This document shows positions 55,941-63,984 of a DNA stretch of 64,000 nucleotides, piece after piece (the first letter of the stretch is position 1; each line of letters opens with the position of its first letter). Source of the stretch: a virus; IMG/VR virus record IMGVR_UViG_3300007514_000005, positions 1 to 64,000 of that record; one strand, written 5' to 3'. The notes below the pieces were generated by a model. It saw only the letters and a list, made by a program, of their open reading frames with translations, was not told the DNA's origin and searched no databases. A program made the translations under genes and the position numbers.

Positions 55941-56206
55941 TTTCTATACTCTTCATAGTTATCCATTTCGTAAATCTTCACGGCCTGTCTGCTACTATCC
56001 AAGTCTCTTACTTCGCTAACTGACTTCACTCCTTTAGCGCCACGCAATAACTGTGCTACCTTAATCGGGTTTGCTTGCACCGACCTTCGTGGTTTGTTTG
56101 CTAGTGCTTCTGCTATCTCTCCTGCCGACAATCCCGTGCGTCTCTCTTGCAAAATGTTGCCGACCTCACGGCGAGTTTGTATGTGCTTCTTGCCCCTCGC
56201 TCTCAT
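55916..56206 (-). CDS. Winged-helix DNA-binding protein
   Basis: LSAGEIAEAL...NPIKVAQLLRG...IYEM. Confidence 0.6.
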   Translation of the reverse strand: MRARGKKHIQTRREVGNILQERRTGLSAGEIAEALANKPRRSVQANPIKVAQLLRGAKGVKSVSEVRDLDSSRQAVKIYEMDNYEEYRNWIEGRKI

Positions 56207-56299
56207 ATATCTCCCAACCGTTGCTCACACTTAAACCCTTCGCAGGCTCGCAGTCCTTCGATTTTTTTGCTCACAAATTTTTACTTTCACCTATATATA

Positions 56300-56539
56300 T
56301 CACAGTAGAGGGAAGTCGTTTTCATCTCTCGGCGCTTCCTCATTTAGTGGTTCTAGTAGAGTCATCAGGCGCTCCACATATACGCTTGCGTCCATCAATT
56401 CTTCCTGTAAGTGGGTCAGCCACTCTTCAATAGACAGGTCTCCCCTCTCCATAGTCACGCCATACTTCTTCTTTCCTACTTCTGCTCGTGCCTGTATTTT
56501 AGCACATACTTTATCCTCTATTTTACTCATCTTTTTCAC
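56300..56539 (-). CDS. All-alpha NTP pyrophosphohydrolase-like (MazG-fold) phage protein
   Basis: RAEVGKKKYG...WLTHLQEELMDASVY (EExxD). Confidence 0.6.
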   Translation of the reverse strand: MKKMSKIEDKVCAKIQARAEVGKKKYGVTMERGDLSIEEWLTHLQEELMDASVYVERLMTLLEPLNEEAPRDENDFPLL

Positions 56540-56801
56540 CTAGTATTTCTTCTATTTCTTTTATTAACTCTTCGTCATAAACACCGCTTAGAATATCCAC
56601 TATTTTTTGCCCTCTATGTTCGCGCCTCTTTTTTTCGTTGTGTAGTTTTATTCTTTTGTGCTTACCAAAGTCGAGCCTCTTATTCCAATCTTCCTTAGTA
56701 GTCGCTCTCTCCCCATACTTCGCTTTACTGCCCTTTATGTTGCCTATTCGTGCTCGGTAGTCTCCATCAACGCCCCTCTTACTGCCCCATTTTGGACTCA
56801 T
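56523..56801 (-). CDS. Basic hypothetical protein
   Basis: Start MSPKWG with ATGA overlap. Confidence 0.55.
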   Translation of the reverse strand: MSPKWGSKRGVDGDYRARIGNIKGSKAKYGERATTKEDWNKRLDFGKHKRIKLHNEKKRREHRGQKIVDILSGVYDEELIKEIEEILGEKDE

Positions 56802-57049
56802 CTCATCACCACCCAACGGCAACAATCACCGGAGCGAATACGAAGGTCGCTTAGTTTAGCATTACAATTCGGGCATCGTTCCATAATCTATCTCTCCAAC
56901 AGCCGCAATACCTATCATTGGGCGCACCACATTGGAGACACTTCACTCTTCCTCATCTCCTTTGCTTTTCTTTAGGCGGTATAGTCCGGCATCATAATGC
57001 TTTTTTCTCGCCTTGAATTTCATATTGTATCTGTATTTTTCACCCTTAT

Positions 57050-57370
57050 TCATTCTTCCACCTCGTTAATTTCTATGTTTTTTAGACCTGAAAAATTATG
57101 CTCATTCAAGGCCTGTAATACAAACCTTTCCTCTATCCAACCTGTGTGCTCATATCCACACTCGACACACTTCACATCAAGTATCAGTAAATCATGGGGT
57201 AGAGAGACACCGGAATAGTCGTGTGTCTCCAAATCAGCAATTCTTACAATCTCCCATCCCCAATAATCATGGTCGCATGGCTCGTCTGCACTCGCCTCGT
57301 AAGCCGCTTCCATCTCGTATTCACTACGCAAGTCCGCTTCTCTTTCTCTCCATTCATCATCTATACTCAT
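57050..57370 (-). CDS. Acidic protein with CxH...CxxC Zn site
   Basis: CDH...CVECG. Confidence 0.65.
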   Translation of the reverse strand: MSIDDEWREREADLRSEYEMEAAYEASADEPCDHDYWGWEIVRIADLETHDYSGVSLPHDLLILDVKCVECGYEHTGWIEERFVLQALNEHNFSGLKNIEINEVEE

Positions 57371-57582
57371 AAAAAATCCCTCAATACTATTCTCTCTATA
57401 CTTGCAAGTTTTTCATCAACGGGTGGGTGAGTCACATATTCAAATTTCAAAAACCCATCGAAGCATTTTTCACATTCCGGTAGCGTGCGGTAGAATTCAT
57501 CACTCACATACTCGTTGGCTGTGGTGTCTCCACACTTACGAGTGCCGTCACCATACATTATGTGCTTCAAGTGGGGCTTCAT
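57367..57582 (-). CDS. Small Zn-binding protein
   Basis: H...CG...CEKC; ATGA overlaps. Confidence 0.6.
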   Translation of the reverse strand: MKPHLKHIMYGDGTRKCGDTTANEYVSDEFYRTLPECEKCFDGFLKFEYVTHPPVDEKLASIERIVLRDFL

Positions 57583-57887
57583 TCTTTCGCCTCGTAATCC
57601 ACATGGTCTTCCGGTAGTCGGTGTAGTCTTCTATCCGCCAAATTCTTAATCAGTTTAGCGGCGGAAGAAGCGCCCTGTTCAAACCTTTTTACAGCCACCT
57701 TATCACCTACCGGACACATCTGTTCTTTAACCTTAGAAATATCTATCTCGTCAAGTATGTGTTGGAATATCTCATACTCCACATGGGGAACAGTCCGCGC
57801 TCTCATCAATCTTACCATCCGTTGCTTGCTTTTATAGTTTTCTTTTCGACCACGCAAACAAGCGGTTAAAGTCGGTATGAAAGCCAT
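57579..57887 (-). CDS. Hypothetical protein
   Basis: True start probably MVRL/MRAR, downstream of the operator-like motif. Confidence 0.55.
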   Translation of the reverse strand: MAFIPTLTACLRGRKENYKSKQRMVRLMRARTVPHVEYEIFQHILDEIDISKVKEQMCPVGDKVAVKRFEQGASSAAKLIKNLADRRLHRLPEDHVDYEAKE

Positions 57888-58116
57888 ACTGAGACTCAGT
57901 AGCCCCCATCACAGCCTTAGCAAAGCCTGTCTCTAACCACACACAGACCACATCAAACAGGTCGTCCGCGCTCATCTCAGTAGCGGCATAGTGTAAATCC
58001 CACAGCATCATGCCTGTGGCCTCACCCATCTCCCCTATCTGTTTATCCATCCTTTTTACGAGCGCTTCCATGCGCTCAAGAGTCATCTCTATATCATCAG
58101 TCATTGATAATATCAA
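57832..58116 (-). CDS. Hypothetical protein
   Basis: 94-aa ORF. Confidence 0.5.
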   Translation of the reverse strand: MILSMTDDIEMTLERMEALVKRMDKQIGEMGEATGMMLWDLHYAATEMSADDLFDVVCVWLETGFAKAVMGATESQYGFHTDFNRLFAWSKRKL

Positions 58117-58233
58117 AGTATTTTAACGGCTATAATCACCGCGAGAGCAAGTTTGGCCACGCTCGCCATGCTTCTGAAAAGAGCCATCGTTCCCATGCGG
58201 TCTAGCGACCACAATTCTACGCCATCCCATACA

Positions 58234-58485
58234 TCACGAGCCATTTTTACCGCCCGCATCGTGAGGACTGTGCTTGAGTAGCAAGTCGTCAATAGTAGTC
58301 GAATCCCATTCTATAACGGTGAAAATTGTGCCGGACTGTAAATGCACTTCCAATGTCGCATCGGTTGTCTCCACTATACCGGACACATCACGGCGGTCAA
58401 TCCATGCTACGCCTGTCGCTGTCCGTAGAGGCATCGTCCAATAGGAATACTTGCGCTCTCCTGTATGCACTATGTCTCCCATCAA
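58234..58485 (-). CDS. Hypothetical small beta protein
   Basis: 83 aa, coupled. Confidence 0.6.
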   Translation of the reverse strand: MMGDIVHTGERKYSYWTMPLRTATGVAWIDRRDVSGIVETTDATLEVHLQSGTIFTVIEWDSTTIDDLLLKHSPHDAGGKNGS

Positions 58486-58667
58486 CGGACACCCCCTTCG
58501 TAGTCCTCTACTATCTTAGTGCAACGCTCCATCATGGCCTCGTGCCTGTCTGCTGTGCCGTGTCCTAAGTAGCCCATGCCCTTGTTCTCCGCAATCCATT
58601 TCTTACAGCGCTCATACAATTCGGTGCTTATCTTACCACCGAACCAACCATCATCTTCCGAAGTCAT
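58482..58667 (-). CDS. Hypothetical protein
   Basis: 61 aa; AGGAG SD and promoter motif upstream. Confidence 0.6.
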   Translation of the reverse strand: MTSEDDGWFGGKISTELYERCKKWIAENKGMGYLGHGTADRHEAMMERCTKIVEDYEGGVR

Positions 58668-58701
58668 ATCCTGCTCTCCTTGTATCCGCGTATAAACCCA
58701 A

Positions 58702-60144
58702 TCACTCTAGCGTGAAATCGTAATTTGCTATTAAGGTAATAATACCTCTCACGCGCTCCCTGAATATGCTTTCCGCTTTTTCAATTGCGTTCAGCAAGTC
58801 CGTTCTCGCTGTCTCAGCATTCTCGTAAGCCTCTTGAGCCGCCTCTAGTGTTGGTAAAGAGTCTATCAATGCTTGACGCCCTTCCGCTACGCGGTCGCCT
58901 TTCCACTCCCACTTCCAATTACCTATTTTTTGAAGCCAATCTTCGCTTACTGTGTCGTCACTAAGGAAAGCCTTAGCATCATCAAGCATCTCTTGGGTAA
59001 TCATCTCATTATCTTCTGTAAAGAAGTAGTGGGGGGCGTAATTGCTTTTTGCATTCCCCACGCCCCTTCTGAAATCTTGCGCGGTAGGTGCGTTCGCCAC
59101 GCCCTCTTTGTATTCCCAACCGTATATCGTGCCTATATCGCTCGCATAGAAATTATGGTGCTCGTTGTCGGTCTCGTTGCACAGGCGCTCCTTGTATATG
59201 TCCTTGCAAACCTTGTTGCCCGCGAGACTTTTTATCAGGGCTATTTTTATCTGCTCCTTAGTCGGTTCTTCACTTTGCAATCTTGCTAGGCACTTTTCGG
59301 TCGCTTCGGTATTATGCTCAGCCGTGTATATGAAGCGTAGAACATTATTTATATTCGCTATACTTTCTTGGTTCGTGCTAAAGTGGTCTGCTTCTACCTT
59401 CCACTCGCTCTCCTTCCTTTGGAACAAGACCTCTAACAAATCGAAGTTAATCACTTGAGCGTTTGCTCTCTTGTTGTATTGTGCGTCAGAAGTGGTGTTA
59501 GGGTTTAGGTGCGTAGCCGCATAGGAATCCCATGACTGCCTCGTTGAATTGTTCGTGACGAATGCCGCGCCCATGCGCTCTAATGCCCGCACTCGGCCCG
59601 CGAATTTTAACACAAAGTCCGTATTCATTTGACCGTATCCACCTACTGTGTTTTCTACTGTGGCTATTAACTCGGCCATTTCCCAAAACCCTGACCTGTT
59701 TTGGTTGCCCGCCTTGCACAGCGTTCTCAAGGCATTGAAGTCACCACCTGAGACGGAAGTTATTTTTCTTATGTCCGTCCTTCGTGTTGAATGGTAGCCT
59801 TCCTTGTTGCCGTAGGTTAGGAGCATTGCCTTTGAAAGAGCCGACTGACCCTTTTCATCTCTAACACTCCACATACCCCACTCACTCTCGGTCTTGCTCG
59901 CCTTGACCTTGCGCATCCTTTCAGCCCACTCTTCGTCAGCGACAATCTCTTCCCAATTTTCGGGGTCATCCAAATCGCTACTATTTATAAGCCTGAAATA
60001 TCTTGCATCAATCTCATTCGGCTTCATCCAAAAACCGGAGCAATCAACATCTTGGTATCGCACCCCAACGCTGTATTCTGTCGCCGTGTATTTTTCATCA
60101 CTACCGTATTCTACGGGCTTCTCAATTATTCTTTTCAATATCAT
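58702..60144 (-). CDS. Large hypothetical early protein
   Basis: 480-aa ORF, no recognisable motif. Confidence 0.75.
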   Translation of the reverse strand: MILKRIIEKPVEYGSDEKYTATEYSVGVRYQDVDCSGFWMKPNEIDARYFRLINSSDLDDPENWEEIVADEEWAERMRKVKASKTESEWGMWSVRDEKGQSALSKAMLLTYGNKEGYHSTRRTDIRKITSVSGGDFNALRTLCKAGNQNRSGFWEMAELIATVENTVGGYGQMNTDFVLKFAGRVRALERMGAAFVTNNSTRQSWDSYAATHLNPNTTSDAQYNKRANAQVINFDLLEVLFQRKESEWKVEADHFSTNQESIANINNVLRFIYTAEHNTEATEKCLARLQSEEPTKEQIKIALIKSLAGNKVCKDIYKERLCNETDNEHHNFYASDIGTIYGWEYKEGVANAPTAQDFRRGVGNAKSNYAPHYFFTEDNEMITQEMLDDAKAFLSDDTVSEDWLQKIGNWKWEWKGDRVAEGRQALIDSLPTLEAAQEAYENAETARTDLLNAIEKAESIFRERVRGIITLIANYDFTLE

Positions 60145-60561
60145 TTACTCTTCCCCCTTAGAAATCTCAAATGTCTCTTCCCAATCGTATTTACAAAATT
60201 CAATCCACTCTTCAAGAGTGAAGTGCTTATTCTCATCCCTATTGTTCTCTAGGTCTCCCTCTAGTGCGTCTAGTGAGCCTCGCATACTTTCTATCAGGGT
60301 TATAATTGGTAATTTCGCAGTCAATTGGCCCTCGTTCATATACATCGTGTATTGCGTTTTCATGGACTCCCAATGCTTGCGGTCGTAAATACTATACCAC
60401 TTCGTGCCGTTAGTCTTTTTACCGTCTGTGCCTAGTATGTATGCCTTCCACAATTCTATTCCATTATCTTGGTATTGTTTGCTCTCAATAACTATTTTTT
60501 TGTTGTTGTGTCTGTTATAGTATATCTCACCCACAACCCACTCTTCTTTCTCGTTGCTCAT
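60145..60561 (-). CDS. Hypothetical protein
   Basis: Start MSNEKEE after GGTGG SD (the track start lies inside a repeat motif). Confidence 0.6.
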   Translation of the reverse strand: MSNEKEEWVVGEIYYNRHNNKKIVIESKQYQDNGIELWKAYILGTDGKKTNGTKWYSIYDRKHWESMKTQYTMYMNEGQLTAKLPIITLIESMRGSLDALEGDLENNRDENKHFTLEEWIEFCKYDWEETFEISKGEE

Positions 60562-60615
60562 ATTTCTTCCACCTTTTCTATCGTTTATTAACTTTTTTTT
60601 TCGACCACGCAAGCA

Positions 60616-60801
60616 TCATCTTGTCTTAATGCCGCCCCCGCGTCCTCTATTGTTATACTTCGTTAGGCACGGGTCACATAGCCATGCTACCATGCCGCTT
60701 GCATTACGCACCATCCTCAAAGGCACGCCTTGTGCTTCGCACACAGGGCAATTACCTAGTCTGAATAAAATGTCTTCACTCATTTTTTTTAGCCCCCCCA
60801 T
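60616..60801 (-). CDS. Zn-finger microprotein
   Basis: CPVC...CDPC. Confidence 0.6.
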   Translation of the reverse strand: MGGLKKMSEDILFRLGNCPVCEAQGVPLRMVRNASGMVAWLCDPCLTKYNNRGRGGGIKTR

Positions 60802-60929
60802 TGAATTAGTCTAGCATTTATCACCGTTATATTACAGGGGTCACAACATCGTCCTTCCTGTGCAATCGGGTCGGGGTTGTGTCCATAACCTACTATGGCC
60901 TCTCCACATATCACACACTCGTCACTCAT
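60789..60929 (-). CDS. Zn-finger microprotein
   Basis: MSDECVICGE...GHNP.P...GRCCDPCN; start approximate. Confidence 0.65.
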   Translation of the reverse strand: MSDECVICGEAIVGYGHNPDPIAQEGRCCDPCNITVINARLIQWGG

Positions 60930-60933
60930 GCTC

Positions 60934-61119
60934 TCAATCCTCAATCGTCTTGAACCACTCTTCTCGGTGGGGGTTCTTGGGCCACACTCCGGTTGCTCCA
61001 CACGAGTAGCACCTAACACCGACCTCAGAAGGTTCGGGGTCAGGCGTCTCGCAGGTGCAAGTGTATGTCGTCATAACTCCACGAAATTCAAATTTTATTT
61101 TACCCGTCATATTATTCAC
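60934..61119 (-). CDS. Zn-finger microprotein
   Basis: CTC...CYSCG. Confidence 0.55.
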   Translation of the reverse strand: MNNMTGKIKFEFRGVMTTYTCTCETPDPEPSEVGVRCYSCGATGVWPKNPHREEWFKTIED

Positions 61120-61325
61120 CTCAAGGCATCCTCAATCTCTTGCATTTCATTTTCTATCTGCTCAAGAGTCTCGCCCCACTCCATCTCGGCATGGTGGCTA
61201 CCCTCTATACCGTAGGGAAGGTCTATGTCTTGCATCGTGTAAAGCAAGGTCTCTACTCCTTCCTTAGCCGTCTCTAACTCAGCGTAGCGGTCAGCAAGCG
61301 CCCTAATGTCGTCAGCAAAAGTCAT
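61116..61325 (-). CDS. Acidic coiled-coil protein
   Basis: 69 aa; GAGGTG SD. Confidence 0.6.
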   Translation of the reverse strand: MTFADDIRALADRYAELETAKEGVETLLYTMQDIDLPYGIEGSHHAEMEWGETLEQIENEMQEIEDALR

Positions 61326-61461
61326 TCATACACCACCTCAAATTCAGAAAGCGCCACGCAATAACGGGGAACAACAAGCCCATGACCTAGCAAAAAGTCA
61401 CGAATCGTTTTTCTACCTTCTTCGTCATGTTTGCTAACATCAATTAGTATGTATTCGCCCA

Positions 61462-61770
61462 TCAGTAATCCCCCCAATCTTCTTCGTCTTCCGCGTCCTC
61501 GTCCTCTATCCCGAACAGGTCGTAAATGTCCTCTTCATCGTAGAACGGGTCGTCCTCAATCTCTAACCAATCGTCCTCATTGGGGTTGCCTTCTGTCTCA
61601 GGAATAATCCCCTGTCGGTATAACTCCTGCTTCTCTTCCTCGCTGTCTCTAATGGTCTTCCTACCGCGACACTCAGGGCATAGTCTAGCCCTTCCTGTCG
61701 GTGTGTAGAATTCATCACTACACGACAAACAATACTTCCATGTGCCTGTGTCCTCTTCGCTGTGTTCCAT
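61462..61770 (-). CDS. Zn finger + very acidic tail protein
   Basis: CLSC...CPEC; C-terminal half rich in D/E with spaced aromatics. Confidence 0.7.
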   Translation of the reverse strand: MEHSEEDTGTWKYCLSCSDEFYTPTGRARLCPECRGRKTIRDSEEEKQELYRQGIIPETEGNPNEDDWLEIEDDPFYDEEDIYDLFGIEDEDAEDEEDWGDY

Positions 61771-61819
61771 ATTTATTGCTCCTATCCGTGCTACTTAAAC
61801 CTTAGTAATCGCCCACGCA

Positions 61820-61976
61820 AGCACCACGCTCCGGTGCGAGCGTAGGGGAGATTGTATGAACCCACAACAGTCCTCAATGGGCGGGGTTCAGCCACTCCCC
61901 CACACCCGACTTTAGGAATGTGCGGCTGAGCCGCCCATCGAGCGTAGGTCGGGGTGAGGGTTCTAACCCCCACCCC
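61820..61976 (-). ncRNA. Candidate structured non-coding RNA
   Basis: GC-rich intergenic segment. On minus: GGGGTGGGGG/CCCTCACCCC hairpin, CCCGAC/GTCGGG, GTGGGGGAG/CTCCCCTAC enclosing TGAACCC/GGGTTCA, CTACGCTC/GAGCGTGG. G-U pairs favour the minus strand. Confidence 0.55.
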
Positions 61977-62004
61977 GTTTGCGTTTTTTTAGGCCTATAC
62001 TTTT

Positions 62005-62982
62005 TCAGGCCACCGTCCTTGCTACTGCGTCTGCCCATGCGCGTGTCTTAATGCGCTGTCCTGTGCCTACTATTGCACTCTCGGCCCTCTTCTCATTGAC
62101 CTTACCATCCTTCGTGGTAATCCAATCGTGGTCTATGTAGTCGCTCACGACATTCATTGCCGCCCAAAGCGTGCCTTCCATGTCGCCGACCTTGTTCTGA
62201 GGCTCGTCCTCAAGTGCTATAACGCGGTTTAGTATGTTGTTGCCGCGTGTAGCAAGTCCGTGTGGGTTGTTCTTTGAAATCAATTCTTCGTTGGTCTGAA
62301 TCGGCAGGTGCTCAAGGTAGAATTCTACCCTCTCGCCAATATCCATTTCTACTTCCATCATGTTCTGAGCGTCCTTAGCCCAATCGTCTAGCATGGTGTT
62401 AGTCATGTTAATGGCCTTCATCATTTCCTCAATCGCCTCATCCATGTTTGAGGTGTGGCGAATTGTGAAAATTCCGTTGCTTCTGCGTGCCTGACCCATT
62501 ACCATGTTCAATTGGTTGCCGCAAGCCATCCTCATTGTTGAGGGAATCACGCGAATACCGCTTGACCCGTCATGGCTGTTCATTAGCGTCATGTAGCCCT
62601 GCACAGGCTCGTTGCCGTTAATCAGAATCTCGTCCGGTAGGGCAAGGTTGAACCATGCCTTTGCGCCGTTATCTATTACGCCTACTTTTAGCCACTCTAG
62701 GTTGCCTGTCTGTGTTAGTCTGTGGGCCAATTCTGCAACATCTTGGTGTTGCTTCACATGGTATGACTTGCCTACTACTCCTAGACACTCGTTGGTGTCG
62801 TCTCGGAATACTCCGCGCTGTCGTGCTGTTAGCATCTCACCGCGCTTATCGTAGAGCGGTTCAATAACCGCATCCCAAGTCAAGCCCGCATTCTTACAGA
62901 CTTCTTCTGCTGTCTCTCCTAGCGCTTCATCCCCGAAGGAACCCCACGCCTCTTGTCTAATTCTGTTCGTCATTTTCTTCAC
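62005..62982 (-). CDS. DUF932 (TIGR03299-like) phage/plasmid protein
   Basis: AGLTW, RDDTNECLGVVG..Y...Q, NSHDGSS, RMACGNQL, IRHT, GTLWAAMN.V..Y.DH. Confidence 0.88.
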   Translation of the reverse strand: MKKMTNRIRQEAWGSFGDEALGETAEEVCKNAGLTWDAVIEPLYDKRGEMLTARQRGVFRDDTNECLGVVGKSYHVKQHQDVAELAHRLTQTGNLEWLKVGVIDNGAKAWFNLALPDEILINGNEPVQGYMTLMNSHDGSSGIRVIPSTMRMACGNQLNMVMGQARRSNGIFTIRHTSNMDEAIEEMMKAINMTNTMLDDWAKDAQNMMEVEMDIGERVEFYLEHLPIQTNEELISKNNPHGLATRGNNILNRVIALEDEPQNKVGDMEGTLWAAMNVVSDYIDHDWITTKDGKVNEKRAESAIVGTGQRIKTRAWADAVARTVA

Positions 62983-63068
62983 TTCTCCTGTTCCGGCTCT
63001 TTGTTGTCGCCGTTATTTGCTCCATCGAACACCCGCATATAACTGTGTCGAAACGACCACGCAAGCAC

Positions 63069-63533
63069 TCAGACCCACCCCTGCTCAATCGCAAACAACA
63101 GGTGGTGAGAGACCCATAGCCCTGAGTCCTCAATCTCGGTCGGGCATATCCATATCATGTCGTCATGCTCTTCCGAGAGCACGACCTTAGACACATCAAG
63201 CCCAACGAATTCAATGAAGTAGTATTGCTTATCCATCTCTTTGTCTATGTGGAATCCCAATTCTTTAGCGGGCATAGAAGCGGTGAGTCCTGTCTCTTCT
63301 TCTAACTCAATTATGGCGCATTCCATTGGTGTCTCTCCTTCCTCTAATTTGCCCCCTGCTAATTCGTAGAGGCCAATACAGGAAGTCTCCATAGGCGAGC
63401 GCCGGAGTAGGAGAATACGGCCCTCAGCATCACGCACAACGCACCCTGCCGCTTTCCTCACTAATCCCACCCCCTTGCTTTCAATTCCTTGTGTATCTCT
63501 CTTCCTCTTACGCGCGCGTGAGGGCTGACCCAC
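63069..63533 (-). CDS. Nudix hydrolase
   Basis: Nudix box GGKLEEGETPMECAIIELEEETGL; SEEHD; real start probably ~63470. Confidence 0.88.
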   Translation of the reverse strand: MGQPSRARKRKRDTQGIESKGVGLVRKAAGCVVRDAEGRILLLRRSPMETSCIGLYELAGGKLEEGETPMECAIIELEEETGLTASMPAKELGFHIDKEMDKQYYFIEFVGLDVSKVVLSEEHDDMIWICPTEIEDSGLWVSHHLLFAIEQGWV

Positions 63534-63646
63534 TCAATGAGGTAGTTATCCTCATCTATGAGTCTGAGCACTAAGCACGCGGCTAATTCGCGCACTAGGT
63601 TCAATCTTTCTTCGGGCATCTCCGGTGTATGTGTATCTTCTACCAT
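63461..63646 (-). CDS. Hypothetical protein
   Basis: 52-61 aa ORF overlapping the Nudix start. Confidence 0.45.
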   Translation of the reverse strand: MVEDTHTPEMPEERLNLVRELAACLVLRLIDEDNYLIEWVSPHARVRGREIHKELKARGWD

Positions 63647-63813
63647 CTAGGCCTGTATTCGTGAATCGAGGACTTTCGAATGTCCATTTCGGACATTCGA
63701 TTTTCCACAGAATTTTTGCCTCTATCTTTCTTCTACGCGCACGCGCGAGGCGGCGGTGCAACGGGCATCCCCCTATAAACCTGCCGCAAACCCCCCAAAT
63801 TAGCCCAAAAACG

Positions 63814-63984
63814 GCATTTGTAGCCAACAAAAACGACCACGCAAGCCCAAAATCGCTAGAAGGGGTCATAGAGCCATTTGTTTGCAAAACAGGTCATTAC
63901 CTACCTGCGACCCCCTCTCGTGGCTATATATACGCTTAGAGACCATTTGTAGCAAAGGCGATTTGTAGCAAGAGGATTTGTAGC
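63814..63984 (+). repeat. Terminal-region ATTTGTAGC repeats
   Basis: 63816, 63945, 63961, 63976; inverted copy GGCTACAAATGC at 136-147. Confidence 0.75.

Larger units (their letters stand above)
40485..63043 (-). promoter_or_regulatory. Dispersed early/middle promoter motif GGTTTATATGCGGATA
   Basis: Copies (plus coordinates) at 40485-500, 45157-72, 48174-89, 49312-27, 49725-39, 54780-92, 58683-98, 63030-43; all at gene boundaries upstream of minus-strand genes. Confidence 0.85.
57847..63846. repeat. Dispersed operator-like repeat CGACCACGCAAGC
   Basis: 57847 (1 mismatch), 60602, 61810 (1 mismatch), 63054, 63834; same orientation, at gene boundaries. Confidence 0.8.

Noticed and set aside
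61950-61976. tRNA T-arm-like GGGTTCTAACCC
   Set aside because: No D or anticodon arms or cloverleaf; folds as a simple hairpin.
192-63939. Numerous 60-160 aa ORFs antisense to or nested in long genes
   Set aside because: They overlap well-supported genes, lack SD/promoter signals and motifs, and are best explained as shadow ORFs.
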